The notes under the pieces were generated by a model. The model was given only the letters and a program-made list of their open reading frames with translations, ran no database searches and had not been told where the DNA came from. This document shows, piece after piece, positions 10,238-21,249 of a stretch of 64,000 nt of DNA. Position numbers and translations under genes: made by a program. The stretch comes from a bacterium (GTDB taxonomy: Bacteria; Zhuqueibacterota; Zhuqueibacteria; Residuimicrobiales; Krinioviventaceae): contig CAXXMD010000002.1 in NCBI GenBank assembly GCA_963675755.2, positions 608,001 through 672,000 of the forward strand. The letters are read 5' to 3'. The stretch's first letter is position 1. Each line of letters opens with the position of its first letter.

Positions 10238-13200
10238 ATGAAAAAACTATTTATTTTTTTGATTCTGACCACTCCATTTTGGACTTTAGCTCAGGAAACT
10301 GCATTACAGGAAGAACATGATTTTCGCTTTTCTATTCAGCTCATGAACAAGGAAATGTACGACCTGGCAGCCATTCAATTTGATAAATTTACGGATAATT
10401 ATCCTACCAGCCCCAATGCACCACAGGCAATGATCAATGCTGCATCCTGCTATGAAAAAATGGATAGCTTGAATGTGGCCGCTAAATATTATTATGATCT
10501 TGTACTAAAATTTCCACAAAGCGAACTGGTAGATCAGGCTTTGTACAATAGAGGTATATTGCTGCAAAAAATGGGTGACCATTTAAATGCAGCATTAAAT
10601 CTTGAACGATTATTGATTTTTACTCCTTCAAGCAATCTGGTACCTGCCGCACAGCTGCTTGCAGCACAATCATTTATCCAGATCAAAGATTACAGCAAGG
10701 CATTAAACGCAGCAAATGTAGTTATTGAAAAATATCCTTCACATCCCGAGCGATCTCATGCGCATCTGATTATTGCTGAAATTTATGGCTATCAGGGAAA
10801 AATGGAATATGCGTTTAGCGAATTGGACAAAGTGTCAGGTAATAATCTGGAAAATGAGATCACCCAGCAGGCTTTTTTACTTAAAGCCAAACTGTTTAGG
10901 GATTCAGGGCGTTACTCCTTGTCTGACAGTCTGTTAGAAAATTTGATTCAAGCAAGAGTTGTTAATGATTTTGTACTTGAAGCGGGGTATCAGCTTGCTC
11001 TATCTTATCAGGCTTTTGGAGATTATCAAAAATCTATCAAAGTTGCAACAGGCTTGCTGAATAAAAAATCTGCTGGTATATTACCCTCAAAGCTGGTATT
11101 GGTAACTGGTGACAATTATGCCATGCTCAAAGAATATGAAACTGCTCTTTCATATTATACACAATGTGATACCTCCATTATTGATAACAACTGGGATACT
11201 GCTTTTTTGTATCGTTTGGGATTTGTATTTCAAAAGCTCAACCGTAAAGAAGAATCAAGCAAGGTATTTGAACAAATTTTAAATAACCCTGGAGCGGTTG
11301 ATACCTATATTCTTTTTAAAAGTCTTGAAACCTATGCTTTAATACTAAAAGAAAGCAATAACGCAATAGAAGCGGTTGATTTCTTACAACAATCTTTGCA
11401 AAATCCTGTATATTCAACCTATCAGGATAAAATTTTATATATTTTAGGTGAGATTCAAGAGACTGGTTTAAATGACTGGGCAGGAGCACGTTCAAGCTAT
11501 TCTGCAATTCAATCTGCTGCATTAAAAAGTGATTTGGCTGATCAGGCCCAAATTAAAATCTGCCAAACTTTTGAAAAAGAAGGCAATATTGACCAGGCGC
11601 TACGTGAATACAAGAGATTTTTAAACATATATCCTGCTTCTGATCAATATCAAAATGTTAAAGTTAAAGCAGATATATTAGAAAAACAATTGCCTGTTGC
11701 CAGCTCCGGAACGGATTTAATAGCAAAAATGTTCCTGCAGGACCTCAACAGTGCCTCCAGTGCGCAGACACTTGCAGATTTGGCTGGAATTTTGATCAAT
11801 GAAAGACATGATTACCAAACCGCAATCTCTTTTATTGAAAAAGCTGTTGCCGCGGATATGACTGAATCGCTGGATCTTGAAAAACTTGCATTTGAAAAAG
11901 CGTATTGTCACGCTGTTTTGTCGGAAATTAATTATGCAAACCATCAACCCATCAAAGCCAAAGCTCATAAAGATACACTTAATCAGCTTTATAGTCATAT
12001 GCAGGCAGGATTTCCGAACTCGGAACAAACATTTAAAACCTATTTATATAAAATCAAACTGGATTTGATGGAAATTGAATCCCCGGAACATGTTTCCCGC
12101 TACCTGGATTCAACTTTGGTGAAAATTCCGGAGGATATGAAATCTGATCCCCAATATGTAGCGTTGGAATTGATGCAAATTCATTCTTTGCTTGATGCAA
12201 AATCTGATACAACCAATTGGCTCAACCTTCAAAAAGCGAATATGATTTGTTCTGGTATCCAATCTCAAACTAATGATCCTGAATTGGTGTCAGAATCGCA
12301 ATTGTTGAATGCAGAGATCCTCTACAAACTTGCTGAGACAGACAGTGCCGTCAAAGTGCTTTCACAAATCAAACAAAATAATGCTGTCGGCGTTCAGTCA
12401 CAGTACTTATTGGCAAGATTGTACCAGGAAGAAGAAATGTATGATAAAGCATTGCGTATCTATAATACCATAGCCAGTTCGCATTATTACTCTCCACTTG
12501 CTATAGAAGCAGTAAAGAACAGTGTCGGGATTTTATATGAATTAGATCGTATCAAAGAAGCCCGAGCTTTGATTGACCAATATCTCGAGTACAAGGGAAA
12601 TGAATATCTCCCCAATTTTTTTTTCGATACCCAATTTGATGAATTAATTTGGTTATCTGCCAAATTGTCGGACAAGAATCAGGAACCTGTAAAAGCAACA
12701 CAGGATTTACAGCGATATCTTTACACCAGTAATGCGCCAAAGCATCAGGCAGAAGCGTTATTATTGTTGGGCGATATTGCACGTGAATCAAACAATAACG
12801 AAATTGCAATTGGTCATTATACCGAGTTGGTGCAAAAATTCCCTGGCGACACACTGGCCCAGAGTGCCAGAGAGTCCATTGCCGATATTTTCTTTCAAAT
12901 GGAAGATTATCAACAGGCATTACAGCACTTTAAATCCATAAAATCTCAGCAAACAGGGGATAAGCAAATTTTTGCTTATTCACGTGAAGTGGTTTGTGAA
13001 TTCCGTCTTGGAAATCTAGCCAAAGCAAAGAACCTTGCTAAACAATTTTCAAAGACCTATAAAGATCAGGACAAATATGAAGCAGAATTTCTCTATGAAG
13101 AAGGAATGCTTCAAATTAAACTTAAAAATTTTGATGAAGCAGAAGATGCATTCAAAGATTTGTCCAAAAAGTACGATGATATTCCCGAAGGTGCAAAAGG

Positions 13201-13918
13201 GGATTTGGGACTTGCCAGGATGTATGTAATTACCGGCAAACCGGAAGATGCGTTGAAAATACTAACTCAAATTCCCGAAGATTATGATGATCCCATTATT
13301 CTGGCTACTGCCTATTTAAATCTTGCAGATTTTTATTACGAGAACCGCCTGTTACCACAATGTATTGCTGCTAATGAAAAAGTATTGGGACTGGTGGATT
13401 CCGGTAATTTGCACAAAAGTGCCATGAATTTATTGATCAAAACCTACGATCAGTTCAAATTGGGAGATAAAGCCATTGCATTAATCCGGGAATTTATCGA
13501 AAAATACCCCAACGATCCCGATATTATGATCAAAAAAATACAGATTGGAATTCTTTTGCATGATATTAAGGATTATGATCGCTCTATCTCTTATTTAAAG
13601 AACCTGAAACCCTTTGTAAGCAGTACAGATGAGCCCGAAGTGCAATATTACATCGCTCTGTCATATATGGATAAAGGAGATTTTGATCAGGCAATTGTAG
13701 AGTTTTTAAAGGTTAAATATCTCAGTAAAGACACAAAGTTGCCCTGGAAGGTTTCATCACTTTATCAGGCTGGTATTGCTTATCGAAAATTGGGTAATTA
13801 TGATAAAGCAATTGAATTGTTGCAGCAGGTAGTTCGAGAACAGGGAGCCGTTGACAGTTTTGGTCAGGCTGCCGCTTCAAAAATCAAAGAAATTGAATCT
13901 GAAAGAGCACAATTGTAA
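10238..13918 (+). CDS. Large exported tetratricopeptide-repeat protein (BamD/CpoB-like repeats)
   Basis: Signal peptide, then recurring helical repeats such as 'F...YP.S..A..A' and 'LG..Y...G....A' over about 1200 aa. Confidence 0.8.
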   Translation: MKKLFIFLILTTPFWTLAQETALQEEHDFRFSIQLMNKEMYDLAAIQFDKFTDNYPTSPNAPQAMINAASCYEKMDSLNVAAKYYYDLVLKFPQSELVDQALYNRGILLQKMGDHLNAALNLERLLIFTPSSNLVPAAQLLAAQSFIQIKDYSKALNAANVVIEKYPSHPERSHAHLIIAEIYGYQGKMEYAFSELDKVSGNNLENEITQQAFLLKAKLFRDSGRYSLSDSLLENLIQARVVNDFVLEAGYQLALSYQAFGDYQKSIKVATGLLNKKSAGILPSKLVLVTGDNYAMLKEYETALSYYTQCDTSIIDNNWDTAFLYRLGFVFQKLNRKEESSKVFEQILNNPGAVDTYILFKSLETYALILKESNNAIEAVDFLQQSLQNPVYSTYQDKILYILGEIQETGLNDWAGARSSYSAIQSAALKSDLADQAQIKICQTFEKEGNIDQALREYKRFLNIYPASDQYQNVKVKADILEKQLPVASSGTDLIAKMFLQDLNSASSAQTLADLAGILINERHDYQTAISFIEKAVAADMTESLDLEKLAFEKAYCHAVLSEINYANHQPIKAKAHKDTLNQLYSHMQAGFPNSEQTFKTYLYKIKLDLMEIESPEHVSRYLDSTLVKIPEDMKSDPQYVALELMQIHSLLDAKSDTTNWLNLQKANMICSGIQSQTNDPELVSESQLLNAEILYKLAETDSAVKVLSQIKQNNAVGVQSQYLLARLYQEEEMYDKALRIYNTIASSHYYSPLAIEAVKNSVGILYELDRIKEARALIDQYLEYKGNEYLPNFFFDTQFDELIWLSAKLSDKNQEPVKATQDLQRYLYTSNAPKHQAEALLLLGDIARESNNNEIAIGHYTELVQKFPGDTLAQSARESIADIFFQMEDYQQALQHFKSIKSQQTGDKQIFAYSREVVCEFRLGNLAKAKNLAKQFSKTYKDQDKYEAEFLYEEGMLQIKLKNFDEAEDAFKDLSKKYDDIPEGAKGDLGLARMYVITGKPEDALKILTQIPEDYDDPIILATAYLNLADFYYENRLLPQCIAANEKVLGLVDSGNLHKSAMNLLIKTYDQFKLGDKAIALIREFIEKYPNDPDIMIKKIQIGILLHDIKDYDRSISYLKNLKPFVSSTDEPEVQYYIALSYMDKGDFDQAIVEFLKVKYLSKDTKLPWKVSSLYQAGIAYRKLGNYDKAIELLQQVVREQGAVDSFGQAAASKIKEIESERAQL

Positions 13919-13919
13919 A

Positions 13920-14768
13920 ATGGATAAAATATTAATAGATACCGCCAAAAAGATCATTGAAAACGCACTTTTAGAGGATTTGGGGAAATGGGGCGATATT
14001 ACCACACGTGCAACAGCCAGTGATGACAATATGAATACCGCACAAATTATTGCCAAGCAAGAGGGTGTCATTTCAGGACTTGAGATTGCCGAATTGGTAT
14101 TTACTACTGTTGACAATACAATTACTTGCACTAAACATGTATACGATGGTGATAACGTTAACAATCGTGATCAGATAATGACCATAACCGGCAAAGCATC
14201 CAGTTTATTAAGTGCGGAACGAACTGCGTTAAATTTTTTGGGTCATTTATCAGGAATTGCAACATTAACCAGTCAGTTTGTTGCAGAAACCAAAGGTACA
14301 AAGGCAAAAATTTTGGATACCCGCAAGACAACTCCCGGATGGAGATTGCTTGAAAAGTATGCTGTTGTATGCGGAGGGGGGATGAACCACCGCATGGGAT
14401 TGCACGATATGTTCCTGATCAAAGATAATCACATATCTCATTGTGGCTGTATTACAGAGTCTGTTAAAAAATGCCGTAATTATATGAATGAAAAGAGCAT
14501 ACAGGCACCTATCGAAGTTGAAGTGAAAAATCTATCAGAATTTCGCGAAGCTGCATCGCTTGATGTTGATCGAATTATGCTTGATAATATGAGTGACGAG
14601 TTGATTAAAGAGTGTATTGATGCCAACCATAGCCAAATACCGTTGGAAATATCAGGAAATGTGAACCTTGAAACTGTTAAACGATACGCTCAAACAGGTG
14701 TGGATTATATATCTGTTGGAGCTTTAACTCATTCTTTTCGGAACTTTGATTTCAGTATGTTGTTTTAA
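13920..14768 (+). CDS. nadC: Nicotinate-nucleotide pyrophosphorylase (quinolinate phosphoribosyltransferase)
   Basis: GDITT, AERTALNFL, ILDTRKTTPG, NHRMGL, LIKDNH, IMLDNM, DYISVGALTHS. Start moved to ATG 13920. Confidence 0.96.
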   Translation: MDKILIDTAKKIIENALLEDLGKWGDITTRATASDDNMNTAQIIAKQEGVISGLEIAELVFTTVDNTITCTKHVYDGDNVNNRDQIMTITGKASSLLSAERTALNFLGHLSGIATLTSQFVAETKGTKAKILDTRKTTPGWRLLEKYAVVCGGGMNHRMGLHDMFLIKDNHISHCGCITESVKKCRNYMNEKSIQAPIEVEVKNLSEFREAASLDVDRIMLDNMSDELIKECIDANHSQIPLEISGNVNLETVKRYAQTGVDYISVGALTHSFRNFDFSMLF

Positions 14769-14941
14769 TAATATGACGTAATGCCAGCTAATGCGACAAT
14801 ATGGCATTTATAATTTATATGTGAATTGCAACTATTATTGTTTTTTATGGATTTATGCGTATTTTTATGTAATGGAATAGTATTTGCTGATATATCGTTA
14901 GATTAACTATATGTTTGCTTAATAAACGAGGTATAATATAA

Positions 14942-16474
14942 ATGAATAGACCTGAAAACAATAAAATTCCTACTCCTGAAGAATTACAAAAAGATGTTGC
15001 TGATTTTTTAAAGGATAAATACGGCAAAAATGTGATTATTCCGCAGCAACCCAACAGTTACGGGTCTGATTCAGGTGAAAAAGTTGAAACACCCAAGCCT
15101 GAATATAAAATTAATTTCAATTTAAAGCCAACCGAACTTGAAGAATATTTAAATAAATATGTTGTTGGTCAGGATGAAGCTATTGAAGTTTTAGCAACAA
15201 AGATCTGTACACACTTTAATAGAATGAATTATGAGAAAAACCATCCGGAAGCTGATGAGCTGGTTGGTAATATAAAAAGTAATGTGTTAATGATTGGACC
15301 CACTGGTGTTGGTAAAACCTATCTCATTAAGCTTATTGCAAAAAAGATTGGCGTACCCTTTGTAAAAGGGGATGCTACAAAATTCAGTGAAACCGGATAT
15401 GTAGGTGGTGATGTTGAAGATCTTGTAAGAAATCTGGTGCACGAGGCGAACGGTGATATCTCTTTGGCTGAATATGGCATCATTTATCTGGATGAAATTG
15501 ATAAAATTGCATCAATGTCTAATGGTTATGGTCCCGATGTATCCAGAGGCGGTGTTCAGAGAAACCTGCTTAAATTGATGGAAGAAGCCGAAGTTGATTT
15601 GAAAACGCCGCATGACCTTGCTTCTCAAATGGAAGCTGCCATGGAAGCTCAACGGACCGGCAAAGTTAATCGCAAAAAGATCAATACAAAAAATATTCTG
15701 TTTGTAATGAGTGGAGCGTTTTTTCAACTCAGTGAGATTATCAGACGCAGATTAAATCAGCAACCAATTGGTTTTCAGGCAAAAAGTGATGAAAACCTCA
15801 GTTTAACCAATGATCTTGAAATTATGAAAAATGTTAAGACTGAAGATTTGATTAAATTCGGTTTTGAATCTGAATTTATTGGCCGTTTACCGGTAGTTGT
15901 TACACTGAATACCCTTGATGTAGATGGTTTGTATCGTATTCTCAGCAATCCTAACAGCTCTGTTATTCAGGGTAAAAAGCGTGATTTTATGGGTTATGAT
16001 ATTGATATCGACTTTCAGGACGACGCTTTGAAAAAAATGGCAGAACTTGCTTATGAAGAGCAAACCGGTGCCCGCGGTCTGGTGAGTGTTGTAGATAAAA
16101 TGATGTTAAAGTATGAAAAAATGCTTCCGGATACAGATATTCACGAGCTATTATTTACAGAGAAAATGATTAACAATCCGGTTGGAGAGCTTGAAAAGAT
16201 TCTTACTTCGTACTATATCAAAAAATTTCAAAAACGATTTCTGGTTACAAATGGAATTGTAATCACATTCACTGATAAAGCTGTTGAATTGTTGAATCGT
16301 GATGCCAAGAATAACAAGATAACCCTGGAAGAAGAGTGTAACAATCTATTGCGGGATTATGAATATGGTTTACGCCTGCTTGGTAAAGAAGAGTTTACAG
16401 TTGATGAACAAATTGTTACCAATCCCAAAGAGCGACTTGAGGAATTAATTAAACTCAGCTATGAAAATAAATAG
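14942..16474 (+). CDS. clpX: ClpX-like AAA+ unfoldase without the N-terminal zinc-binding domain and with a C-terminal extension
   Basis: VVGQDEA, KSNVLMIGPTGVGKT, DATKFSETGYVGGDVE, IYLDEIDKI, DVSRGGVQRNLLK, IGF loop (QPIGFQ), EFIGRLP, TGARGL. No Cys4 motif at the N-terminus. Confidence 0.8.
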   Translation: MNRPENNKIPTPEELQKDVADFLKDKYGKNVIIPQQPNSYGSDSGEKVETPKPEYKINFNLKPTELEEYLNKYVVGQDEAIEVLATKICTHFNRMNYEKNHPEADELVGNIKSNVLMIGPTGVGKTYLIKLIAKKIGVPFVKGDATKFSETGYVGGDVEDLVRNLVHEANGDISLAEYGIIYLDEIDKIASMSNGYGPDVSRGGVQRNLLKLMEEAEVDLKTPHDLASQMEAAMEAQRTGKVNRKKINTKNILFVMSGAFFQLSEIIRRRLNQQPIGFQAKSDENLSLTNDLEIMKNVKTEDLIKFGFESEFIGRLPVVVTLNTLDVDGLYRILSNPNSSVIQGKKRDFMGYDIDIDFQDDALKKMAELAYEEQTGARGLVSVVDKMMLKYEKMLPDTDIHELLFTEKMINNPVGELEKILTSYYIKKFQKRFLVTNGIVITFTDKAVELLNRDAKNNKITLEEECNNLLRDYEYGLRLLGKEEFTVDEQIVTNPKERLEELIKLSYENK

Positions 16475-16500
16475 CATTATTAAATAAAATATCGTATTTT

Positions 16501-16533
16501 AAAAAGCCGTTTCATTCGTGAGACGGCTTTTTT
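16501..16533 (+). terminator. Intrinsic terminator after clpX
   Basis: AAAAAGCCGTTTCA-TTCG-TGAGACGGCTTTTTT hairpin with a U tract. Confidence 0.85.
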
Positions 16534-16601
16534 CTTATATTTTATATTTTTTTTTATTAAATTTATTATAATATTGATATTAACAAGCAGTTTAGATAGA
16601 A

Positions 16602-18455
16602 TTGACAATTCAAGAAAAACTTGATAATCTGCCGCGCAAACCCGGCGTTTATTTGTTTCGCGATAAATTTGGTGAGATACTGTACATTGGCAAAGCCAAA
16701 ATTTTGCGAAACAGAGTGCGTTCCTATTTCCAGGCTGGACGAAAACCTGAGCCTAAAATTATGCGGCTTGTTGCTCGCGTTTCCGATATTGAAACAATTG
16801 TAACGGATTCTGAAGTAGAAGCGCTGATCCTTGAAGCAAATCTTGTCAAAGAAAACAAACCCCGTTACAATATTAATTTAAAAGATGACAAGAGTTTTCC
16901 GTTCATTCGTGTAACAAATGAACCTTATCCCAGGATCTTTCCTACAAGAAAGATTATTCAAGATGGTTCAAAATATTTTGGTCCATATACGGATGTATAT
17001 TCTCTGAGGACTTTATTAAAAACAGCTAACAAGATATTTGCTATCAGATCTTGTAATTATAATTTAAATGATCCTGCAATTGAGCAGGGCAAATTCAAGT
17101 TGTGTCTGAATTATCATATAAAACGATGTTATGGTCCCTGCGAAGGACACATATCGCAGGAAGAATATTCTAAAATTATAACCAATGTTATTGATTTTAT
17201 TCAAGGTCACACACAAAAAGTAGAACTGGACCTCAAAAATCGAATTCAACAATTATCCAGTGAATTGCGATTTGAGGAAGCAGCAAGATTGCGAGATCAG
17301 TTACAGTCCATTGAAATCTTTCAACAGCGTCAAAAGATTGTTGATTCTAGCCATATTGATCGAGATATTTTGGCAGTCGCTGTTGATAAAAACGATGCCT
17401 GTTGTGTCGTTTTCAAGGTCCGGGATGGTAAGATTATAGGAAGACAGCATTTTTATATTAATGGTGTCAAAGACGAATCTGAACAAACGATTATTGTTTC
17501 ATTTATGAAGCAATACTATTTAAACAGTGACTATGTGCCTAAAGAAGTCTATGTTCCAAGAGATTTGGATGATAAAGAAACGCTAATCCATTGGTTGAGT
17601 GAAAAACGCCAGAATAAAGTACGAATCATTCATCCGATTCGAGGCGACAAAGCTCATTTATTAAAAATGAGCACAAAAAACGCCAGGTTGCTGCTTGATG
17701 ATTTAAAAATCCAAAAGCAGAAAAAGCGTGATATGGTAGCCGCAGCAGTTACAGCTTTACAGGAATCATTAAAGCTGCCAAAACCACCAAAAAGAATTGA
17801 AGGCTTTGATATCTCCAATATTCAAGGCACAAATCCTGTAGCTTCAATGGTGTGCTTTATCAATGCACAGGCAGCTAAATCAGAATATCGCCGTTTTCGT
17901 ATACGCATCAAAGAGTCTCCTGATGATTTTGCCATGATGCATGAAGCAGTTTACCGGAGATATTCTCGTCTTTTGAGAGAAAATAAACCTTTTCCGGATT
18001 TGATTTTGATCGATGGTGGAAAAGGGCAGTTGTCTGCAGCGGTCAGCGCACTTGAAGAACTGAATATCAAAGATCAGCCAATTATATCTTTGGCAAAACG
18101 TCTGGAAGAAGTATTTGTACCCGGAATACCGGATGCACAACAGATCAAACGTGATTCACCTGCAATAAAACTGTTGCAACGTGTGCGAGATGAATCACAT
18201 CGTTTTGCAGTGACATATCACCGTACTTTGCGTAAAAAACGGACTTTGATCTCTGTACTGGATGAAATTCCGGGTATTGGAAAGTCGAGAAGACAGTTAT
18301 TATTAAAGACATTTGGATCTCTAAAAAATGTCAAAAATGCTTCGGTTTCAGAGTTGTCAAAAGTAGATGGCATTTCTGAATCCATTGCTAAAGAAATTCG
18401 TGAATTCTTTCATCCCAGTGAAAAAGGGATGAATAGTAATGAAAATAATACTTAA
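16602..18455 (+). CDS. uvrC: Excinuclease ABC subunit C
   Basis: GIY-YIG (PGVYLF...YIGKAK), PRYNINLKDDKSFP, RIEGFDISN, LIDGGKGQL, RDESHRFA, C-terminal HhH. Confidence 0.97.
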   Translation: MTIQEKLDNLPRKPGVYLFRDKFGEILYIGKAKILRNRVRSYFQAGRKPEPKIMRLVARVSDIETIVTDSEVEALILEANLVKENKPRYNINLKDDKSFPFIRVTNEPYPRIFPTRKIIQDGSKYFGPYTDVYSLRTLLKTANKIFAIRSCNYNLNDPAIEQGKFKLCLNYHIKRCYGPCEGHISQEEYSKIITNVIDFIQGHTQKVELDLKNRIQQLSSELRFEEAARLRDQLQSIEIFQQRQKIVDSSHIDRDILAVAVDKNDACCVVFKVRDGKIIGRQHFYINGVKDESEQTIIVSFMKQYYLNSDYVPKEVYVPRDLDDKETLIHWLSEKRQNKVRIIHPIRGDKAHLLKMSTKNARLLLDDLKIQKQKKRDMVAAAVTALQESLKLPKPPKRIEGFDISNIQGTNPVASMVCFINAQAAKSEYRRFRIRIKESPDDFAMMHEAVYRRYSRLLRENKPFPDLILIDGGKGQLSAAVSALEELNIKDQPIISLAKRLEEVFVPGIPDAQQIKRDSPAIKLLQRVRDESHRFAVTYHRTLRKKRTLISVLDEIPGIGKSRRQLLLKTFGSLKNVKNASVSELSKVDGISESIAKEIREFFHPSEKGMNSNENNT

Positions 18456-18481
18456 TTACTATATAAATAGGGAGCACAACC

Positions 18482-19741
18482 ATGTCTGAAAAGATTAACA
18501 AAGTGGTCCTGGCCTATTCAGGCGGATTGGACACATCCATTATTATTCCCTGGTTAAAGGATAACTATGGCTGCGAAGTTGTCGCTTTTGCGGCAGATTT
18601 AGGACAATGTGAAGAATTGGACGGACTAGAAGAAAAAGCCATCGCCACTGGCGCAAGTAAATGTTATATTGAAGATTTACGTAAACCTTTTATTGAAGAA
18701 TATATCTGGCCGACATTGAAAGCCGGTGCTATATATGAAGGTAAATACCTGTTGGGTACATCCTTTGCTCGTCCCATTATTGCAAAACGCCAGGTTGAAA
18801 TTGCGGTTGCTGAAGGCGCAGATGCTGTTGCACATGGTTGTACCGGTAAAGGTAATGATCAGGTGCGTTTTGAGCTTACGTTTAAAGCGTTTAACCCCAA
18901 ATTGCAAGTAATTGCACCTTGGCGTGAATGGGATATCCGTTCCCGTGAAGAAGCTATTGCCTATGCAGAAGAAAAACAAATCCCTATCACAGCTACAAAA
19001 GAAAAAATTTATAGCAACGACCGTAATATTTGGCATATTAGCCATGAAGGTGGAGATCTTGAAGATCCCTGGAATGGCCCCAGAGATGAAATGTTTGTAT
19101 TAACCAATTCTCCTCAGGAAGCACCGGATAAAGAAGAAGTTGTAGAAATTGAATTTGATAAAGGTGTGCCTGTAGCTGTCAATGGTGATCGCTTGGGATC
19201 CGTTCCATTGGTTCAAGAATTGAATAAAATTGGTGGAAAACATGCCATTGGGCGAGTTGATCTTGTAGAAAACCGTCTGGTAGGTATGAAATCACGTGGT
19301 GTTTATGAAACACCAGCCGGATCAATCCTGTATCGTGCACATATGGAGCTTGAAAGCTTGATTTTAGATAAAGATACCATGCATTTCAAAAACATGCTTG
19401 CTCCCAAATATGCTGAATTGGTATATAACGGTCAATGGTTTACTCCTTTGCGTGAAGCACTTGATGCATTTGTTGAAAAAACACAGGAATATGTTTCAGG
19501 TACAGTTCGATTTAGATTGTACAAAGGCAATATTATTTCTGCCGGCGTTAAATCACCTTATTCGCTTTACAGAGAAGAACTTGCTACTTTTGGCGAAGAA
19601 GATGTATATGATCAAATGGATGCTAAAGGATTTATCAATCTTTTTGGTTTACCACTCAAAGTTCGTTCGCTTGTAGAGCTGGATTGGGGTAAGAAACCCA
19701 AATACGAAGAACCTGATTATAGTATATTCAAGAGGGATTAA
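18482..19741 (+). CDS. argG: Argininosuccinate synthase
   Basis: [40 protein letters not shown]. Confidence 0.98.
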   Translation: MSEKINKVVLAYSGGLDTSIIIPWLKDNYGCEVVAFAADLGQCEELDGLEEKAIATGASKCYIEDLRKPFIEEYIWPTLKAGAIYEGKYLLGTSFARPIIAKRQVEIAVAEGADAVAHGCTGKGNDQVRFELTFKAFNPKLQVIAPWREWDIRSREEAIAYAEEKQIPITATKEKIYSNDRNIWHISHEGGDLEDPWNGPRDEMFVLTNSPQEAPDKEEVVEIEFDKGVPVAVNGDRLGSVPLVQELNKIGGKHAIGRVDLVENRLVGMKSRGVYETPAGSILYRAHMELESLILDKDTMHFKNMLAPKYAELVYNGQWFTPLREALDAFVEKTQEYVSGTVRFRLYKGNIISAGVKSPYSLYREELATFGEEDVYDQMDAKGFINLFGLPLKVRSLVELDWGKKPKYEEPDYSIFKRD

Positions 19742-19742
19742 C

Positions 19743-21122
19743 ATGTCTTCTGATCTCAAAATATGGAGTGGGCGGTTTTCGCAGGGTACTGAATCCATTA
19801 TGGAGGAATTCAGCACCTCAATCCATTTTGATAAAGCCATGTTTGATGCTGATATTAAAGTAAACAAAGCCTGGGCCAAAGCATTGGTCCAGGTTAATGT
19901 TTACAGTGAGGACGATGCTAAACTGGTTTGCAGTACACTCGATGATATTCACAAAGATTATCATGACGGCAAGCTTGAATTCGCAAAATCCGATGAAGAT
20001 ATTCATTCTGCAAATGAAAGATGGTTGACTGAACGCCTTGGCGATATTGGCGCTCGCATTCATACCGGCCGCAGTCGTAATGACCAGGTTATTACAGATT
20101 TACGCATATATCTACGTGATCAAATTTCTGATCTGGATACTGCTATCTTGTTGCTACAAAGGGAGTTAGTAGCTTTATCTGAAGCTAATTTTGAAACTGT
20201 ATTTGCAGGCCAGACCCATTTACGTCAGGCTCAACCTGTTTCTTTTGCTCATTACTTGTTGGCCCTGTTTTTCCAGATGCAGCGAAACCGAGATAGACTT
20301 GCGGATTACAAAAAGCGTTTAAACAAGATGCCGCTGGGATCAGGTGCTATTGCCGGAGCCGCATTTGAAATTGACAGACAGGTCCTTGCAAATGAATTGG
20401 AATTTGATGCGCCAACTGAAAATAGCTATGATGCAACATCTGATCGTGATTTTGTTCTCGAGTTGTTGAATATCTGTACGCAGACTATGCTGCATTTATC
20501 GCGAATGGCTGAAGATTTCATTATTTGGTCTTCTGAATCTTTTGGTTTATTAGAAATTGGGGAACAATATTCAACCGGCAGTAGTATGATGCCACAAAAG
20601 AAAAACCCGGATTCACTAGAGCTGATTCGTGGAAAATGTGCACGTGTTATAGGTAATCAGGTAACCGGTTTGACTATGATGAAGGGAATACCTACAGCAT
20701 ATGTTAGAGATTTGCAGGAAGACAAGGAACCGGTATTTGATTCACTGCACCAGACAATACAATGTATTCTGATTAGTAAAGGTGTATTTGAGACATTAAC
20801 AGTAAATTCAGAGCGTATGCTGAATAATCTTGATCCCGCATTGTATGCAACGGATTTGGCTGATTATCTTGTTAAAAAGGGCATACCTTTTAGAAAAGCA
20901 CATTCTATTGTTGGATCTGTGGTTGCACGTGCTGAAAATGACAATATCCCTTTTAATGAACTTGAAATTACAGTTTATCAGGAATATGCTAAAGAATTTG
21001 AACCTGATCTTTATAATTTATTTGATCCTATTAGTGCTATCAATAAGAGAAATATTGAAGGAGGTACCGGAATCAAATCTATTCAGCATCAAATAGATTT
21101 GGCAAAATCCTTTATTGCATAA
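19743..21122 (+). CDS. argH: Argininosuccinate lyase
   Basis: WSGRF, EDIHS, HTGRSRNDQV, THLRQAQP, STGSSMMPQKKNPD, DLQEDKE. Confidence 0.97.
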   Translation: MSSDLKIWSGRFSQGTESIMEEFSTSIHFDKAMFDADIKVNKAWAKALVQVNVYSEDDAKLVCSTLDDIHKDYHDGKLEFAKSDEDIHSANERWLTERLGDIGARIHTGRSRNDQVITDLRIYLRDQISDLDTAILLLQRELVALSEANFETVFAGQTHLRQAQPVSFAHYLLALFFQMQRNRDRLADYKKRLNKMPLGSGAIAGAAFEIDRQVLANELEFDAPTENSYDATSDRDFVLELLNICTQTMLHLSRMAEDFIIWSSESFGLLEIGEQYSTGSSMMPQKKNPDSLELIRGKCARVIGNQVTGLTMMKGIPTAYVRDLQEDKEPVFDSLHQTIQCILISKGVFETLTVNSERMLNNLDPALYATDLADYLVKKGIPFRKAHSIVGSVVARAENDNIPFNELEITVYQEYAKEFEPDLYNLFDPISAINKRNIEGGTGIKSIQHQIDLAKSFIA

Positions 21123-21249
21123 GTAATGTAAATTCCGACAGATTAACTGAATTTTCAATTATTGAGAGAAAATTACATTATTTTACAAGTTAAACTGTTT
21201 TGGAATCCTTACATTGTATAATTGTATGATAAACAGTGGAGTTTTCAAT

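Noticed and set aside
13851-13919. N-terminal extensions given by the ORF track (nadC; also aroE, sulfotransferase, nfeD, TonB receptor)
   Set aside because: They overlap upstream genes or promoter regions, and downstream ATGs fit the RBS position or family N-termini better.
14769-14941. Possible structured RNA or riboswitch between nadC and clpX (AATGCCA...TGGCATT)
   Set aside because: Only a short 7-bp inverted repeat in AT-rich DNA, with no recognisable aptamer motif.
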